Positions 62,701 to 64,000 of a DNA stretch of 64,000 bases are shown here, one piece after another; the stretch's first letter is position 1; every line of letters starts with the position of its first letter. Below the pieces are notes generated by a model. It was not told where the DNA came from, made no database searches, and worked only from the letters and a program-made list of their open reading frames with translations. Location: the NCBI GenBank assembly GCA_964607765.1, contig CAZSNT010000010.1, positions 27,049-91,048 of the forward strand. The letters run 5' to 3'. The stretch is from an uncultured Victivallales bacterium. GTDB taxonomy: Bacteria > Verrucomicrobiota > Lentisphaeria > Oligosphaerales > JABHEG01. Made by a program: the position numbers and the translations under genes.

Positions 62701-64000
62701 TGAGGACAATGTCGGGCAACGCAGTTGGGCCTTCGCGCGCGTCATCTGCAGAGCTGATTGCGGGCAGACGGAGCTTACGCTGAACGAGCGCACACCCCGA
62801 CTTGGCTACACTGAGCGACAGATCACAAGCGCGCGGCAATCCTCTGCACGTCCATGTTGTCCCGTCTGGTGCCGCCGCACACGGGAAGGGCGTGCCGCGA
62901 TTCTTGACCAGTTGAGCTGACAACAGAATACCGGGGGCGTCGATGGGGTTGCCGGCAGTATCGATGACCTTGAACGTCAGCGTGCCGGCCGGCCCTACCA
63001 CGATCGTGGGCTCTTTCGTGTCCGTTGACCACGGCAGCATTCCGAACAGATTGCGTTCGTCATGTCGCGCTACGAACGTCGTGCCCGTCAAGCCCTTGGG
63101 GTGTCTCTCAGCCGACCAGTGGAAGACGAACTCGCCCTTGCTGTCAGCCTCTACCGGCGACGTGAGACGCGTGATCGGCATGAGGGCGACAGCTGCCCCG
63201 GCGACTGCCGAGCCATCGGCTGTCCTGACGCAGCCGGTGATTCTGCGCAGCGACTTGAGAACGGCGCGCACCGGCTTCCCACCCGCTGTGGTCTCGAGGG
63301 ACACGGACGTCTGGGCGCCAGGCCGGTTGTAGAGGACCTGTATCTTGATCGGGCCTTCGCAGGTCCCAGTCAGCACGAATGAGCCGTCGGCCTTACTCTC
63401 TGTGGCCGTCCCGGCCCCCTCGCCCATCCACAAGATCTGAGCTCCCCGTACCGGAACGCCCTCGGCATCGACGACGGTCCCGGTCACTTTGCCCGTGGCC
63501 GACCGCAGGACAATGTCGGGCAGCACGGTTACGTCCTGCTTAGCGTCGTCGCCAGGGCTGGCCCAGGGCAGACGGAGTTCACGAGTGACCTGCGCACGTC
63601 CTATCTTGGACACGTTCAGCGCCAGGTCACGGGCACGCGGCACAGCCCTGCACGTGTGTGTAACGCCGTCTGCTGCAACCGCAGACGGCAACGTCGTGCG
63701 TTTGTAGGGGAGCAGTTCGGCTGAAAGCCAGATGCTGGGCGTGTCGATGGGGCTGCCGGCAGCATCAACTACCTTGAAGGTCAGCGTGCCGGCCGGTTTC
63801 AGCACGATCGTGGCGTGCCTCATTCCCTCTGTCCACGGCAACGTCCCGAACTGACTGGTCTGTCCATGCCGTGCTGCCAGGGACATCTGCTGCGGCCTCG
63901 TCCCGCGCTGCTGTTTGGCCCAGGGCAGACGGAATGTCCCGTCGGCCCCGGTCTTGACTGCACGGCTGAACTTCATGCTCGGAATCAGGGCCACTTCGGC
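59744..64000 (-). CDS. Large protein with tandem carboxypeptidase-regulatory-like (CnaB/prealbumin-fold) repeats, a C-terminal SWDG/DE.W.LDNV beta-sandwich and a helical tail; 5'-partial
   Basis: Recurrent G-x-V-VDAEGxPVxGA and T/SxADGxF-L blocks with ~270-aa periodicity. The frame stays open to 64000 (…AEVALIP), so the start lies outside the window. Confidence 0.82.
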   Translation of the reverse strand, partial: AEVALIPSMKFSRAVKTGADGTFRLPWAKQQRGTRPQQMSLAARHGQTSQFGTLPWTEGMRHATIVLKPAGTLTFKVVDAAGSPIDTPSIWLSAELLPYKRTTLPSAVAADGVTHTCRAVPRARDLALNVSKIGRAQVTRELRLPWASPGDDAKQDVTVLPDIVLRSATGKVTGTVVDAEGVPVRGAQILWMGEGAGTATESKADGSFVLTGTCEGPIKIQVLYNRPGAQTSVSLETTAGGKPVRAVLKSLRRITGCVRTADGSAVAGAAVALMPITRLTSPVEADSKGEFVFHWSAERHPKGLTGTTFVARHDERNLFGMLPWSTDTKEPTIVVGPAGTLTFKVIDTAGNPIDAPGILLSAQLVKNRGTPFPCAAAPDGTTWTCRGLPRACDLSLSVAKSGCALVQRKLRLPAISSADDAREGPTALPDIVLRRTTAKLAGTVVDAEGVPVGGARVSSRGEGQPGRSVESAANGSFVLTQLCEGPVTVQAYYNRHGVHTSVSLQTRTGEKPVRVVLESLHQLVGHVRTADGSPVAGAAVALLPISHLTAPTRTDVAGKFVLFWSAERFRNGVPKMTLVARHEGQNLFAILPWNEKVKAPVIPMESGRSITFRVTDEEGKGIPEARAFVQGALGPSTTTSLDRVTSSADGSCRFTALPPAIALKVWVDQPGYGRVEQEAAPQAETDGPTSLTAQLPDMVLRKADATLRGTVVDAAGTQLNGATVSVSGPGQSSRSTKTDRDGKFTLEGICRGPLKVYLRYSREGLHASHRQEVATAQSPVRLVLESLRTVTGRLVDADGAPVEGAEVILRPATDEQPPVQSADDGSFRLQWSRSRFGSRLPRLIFSARHLERNLVALEPWPESQTEAELTLRPGAALRGTVHTPDGTPIPKVLVYVSVRKESEQNAYPMLHDAPAAGGDSLVISAVPRGMVTTVIIGADGFGTAKTQLQTPPPSNEPVETELEPFILRPADQTIAGIVLGVDEKPVPEAWVYLAGQGQPPTRGVRTGADGRFVLAPVCAGSAVVHASSRAGPSRRGYARVQGGDQDVKVIVKGPDSDVASSSVPDIAVPKLGEDFDPKQALYWCDFEGEDAAPGWSTEQVYELEVEGEKRRMLGQFGGPDQVALGLAELPAHTHIRLYCELFLLRSWDGNQKGRGPDVMAIRVANGPRLLFNSFCTWSGSQSHPFPFRLGAVRSNAGAVKFDTELRTWDKPWTRNAYYPMVFTFPHVEPDLTLFFAGLNLGVPEDEAWCLDNVGIQLLTEAPASAEVTDADLLKAWEGLGERDAAKAWERMHALRSAGDRGVALIIEKTGWEHDEELRSDLLEICDVLNYNDNLMWQEAFEEFRSLGPRTLPLLMYCLDARRFGPAPPHFLDEHLNLAGWQEATDADALRNGRAAFILEQAWTPAARRALLVDGPDQQ

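Overview
GC-rich bacterial DNA whose gene content suggests a polysaccharide-degrading PVC-superphylum organism (Lentisphaerota/Kiritimatiellota/Planctomycetota-like; this is inference only). About 30 genes, with no rRNA, tRNA, CRISPR, integrase or transposase recognised. From left to right: (i) a minus-strand exported redox/sugar operon (Tat TIM-barrel epimerase, Tat aldo-keto-reductase-fold protein, membrane tetraheme cytochrome c with a Met-rich tail, PQQ-type beta-propeller); (ii) a GH5-esterase fusion and a GH2 beta-mannosidase; (iii) a HAD hydrolase and divergent aspC/ald; (iv) a second PQQ-type propeller and a CDP-alcohol phosphatidyltransferase; (v) a glycogen cluster (GH13+GH133 debranching fusion, CBM48, glgP, glgA, GH13_8 glgB); (vi) an APH-fold kinase, secreted glycoside hydrolases, an FAD oxidoreductase, a third PQQ-type propeller, a URO-D-family protein and DUF1080; (vii) a ~13 kb signalling operon; (viii) a partial large surface repeat protein. 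Best candidates for undescribed biology: (1) two output-less sensor proteins that both end in an identical MAGREVRMAELK helix and are translationally coupled to one histidine kinase carrying a distinct NRAMVNLLED helix, possibly a modular 'plug-in sensor' kinase; (2) a four-helix-bundle (IVP/Avd-like) gene bracketed by inverted 7-mer tandem arrays, with 'empty' inverted arrays and in-frame repeat insertions elsewhere in the window. All calls come from motif reading by eye; no database searches were run.
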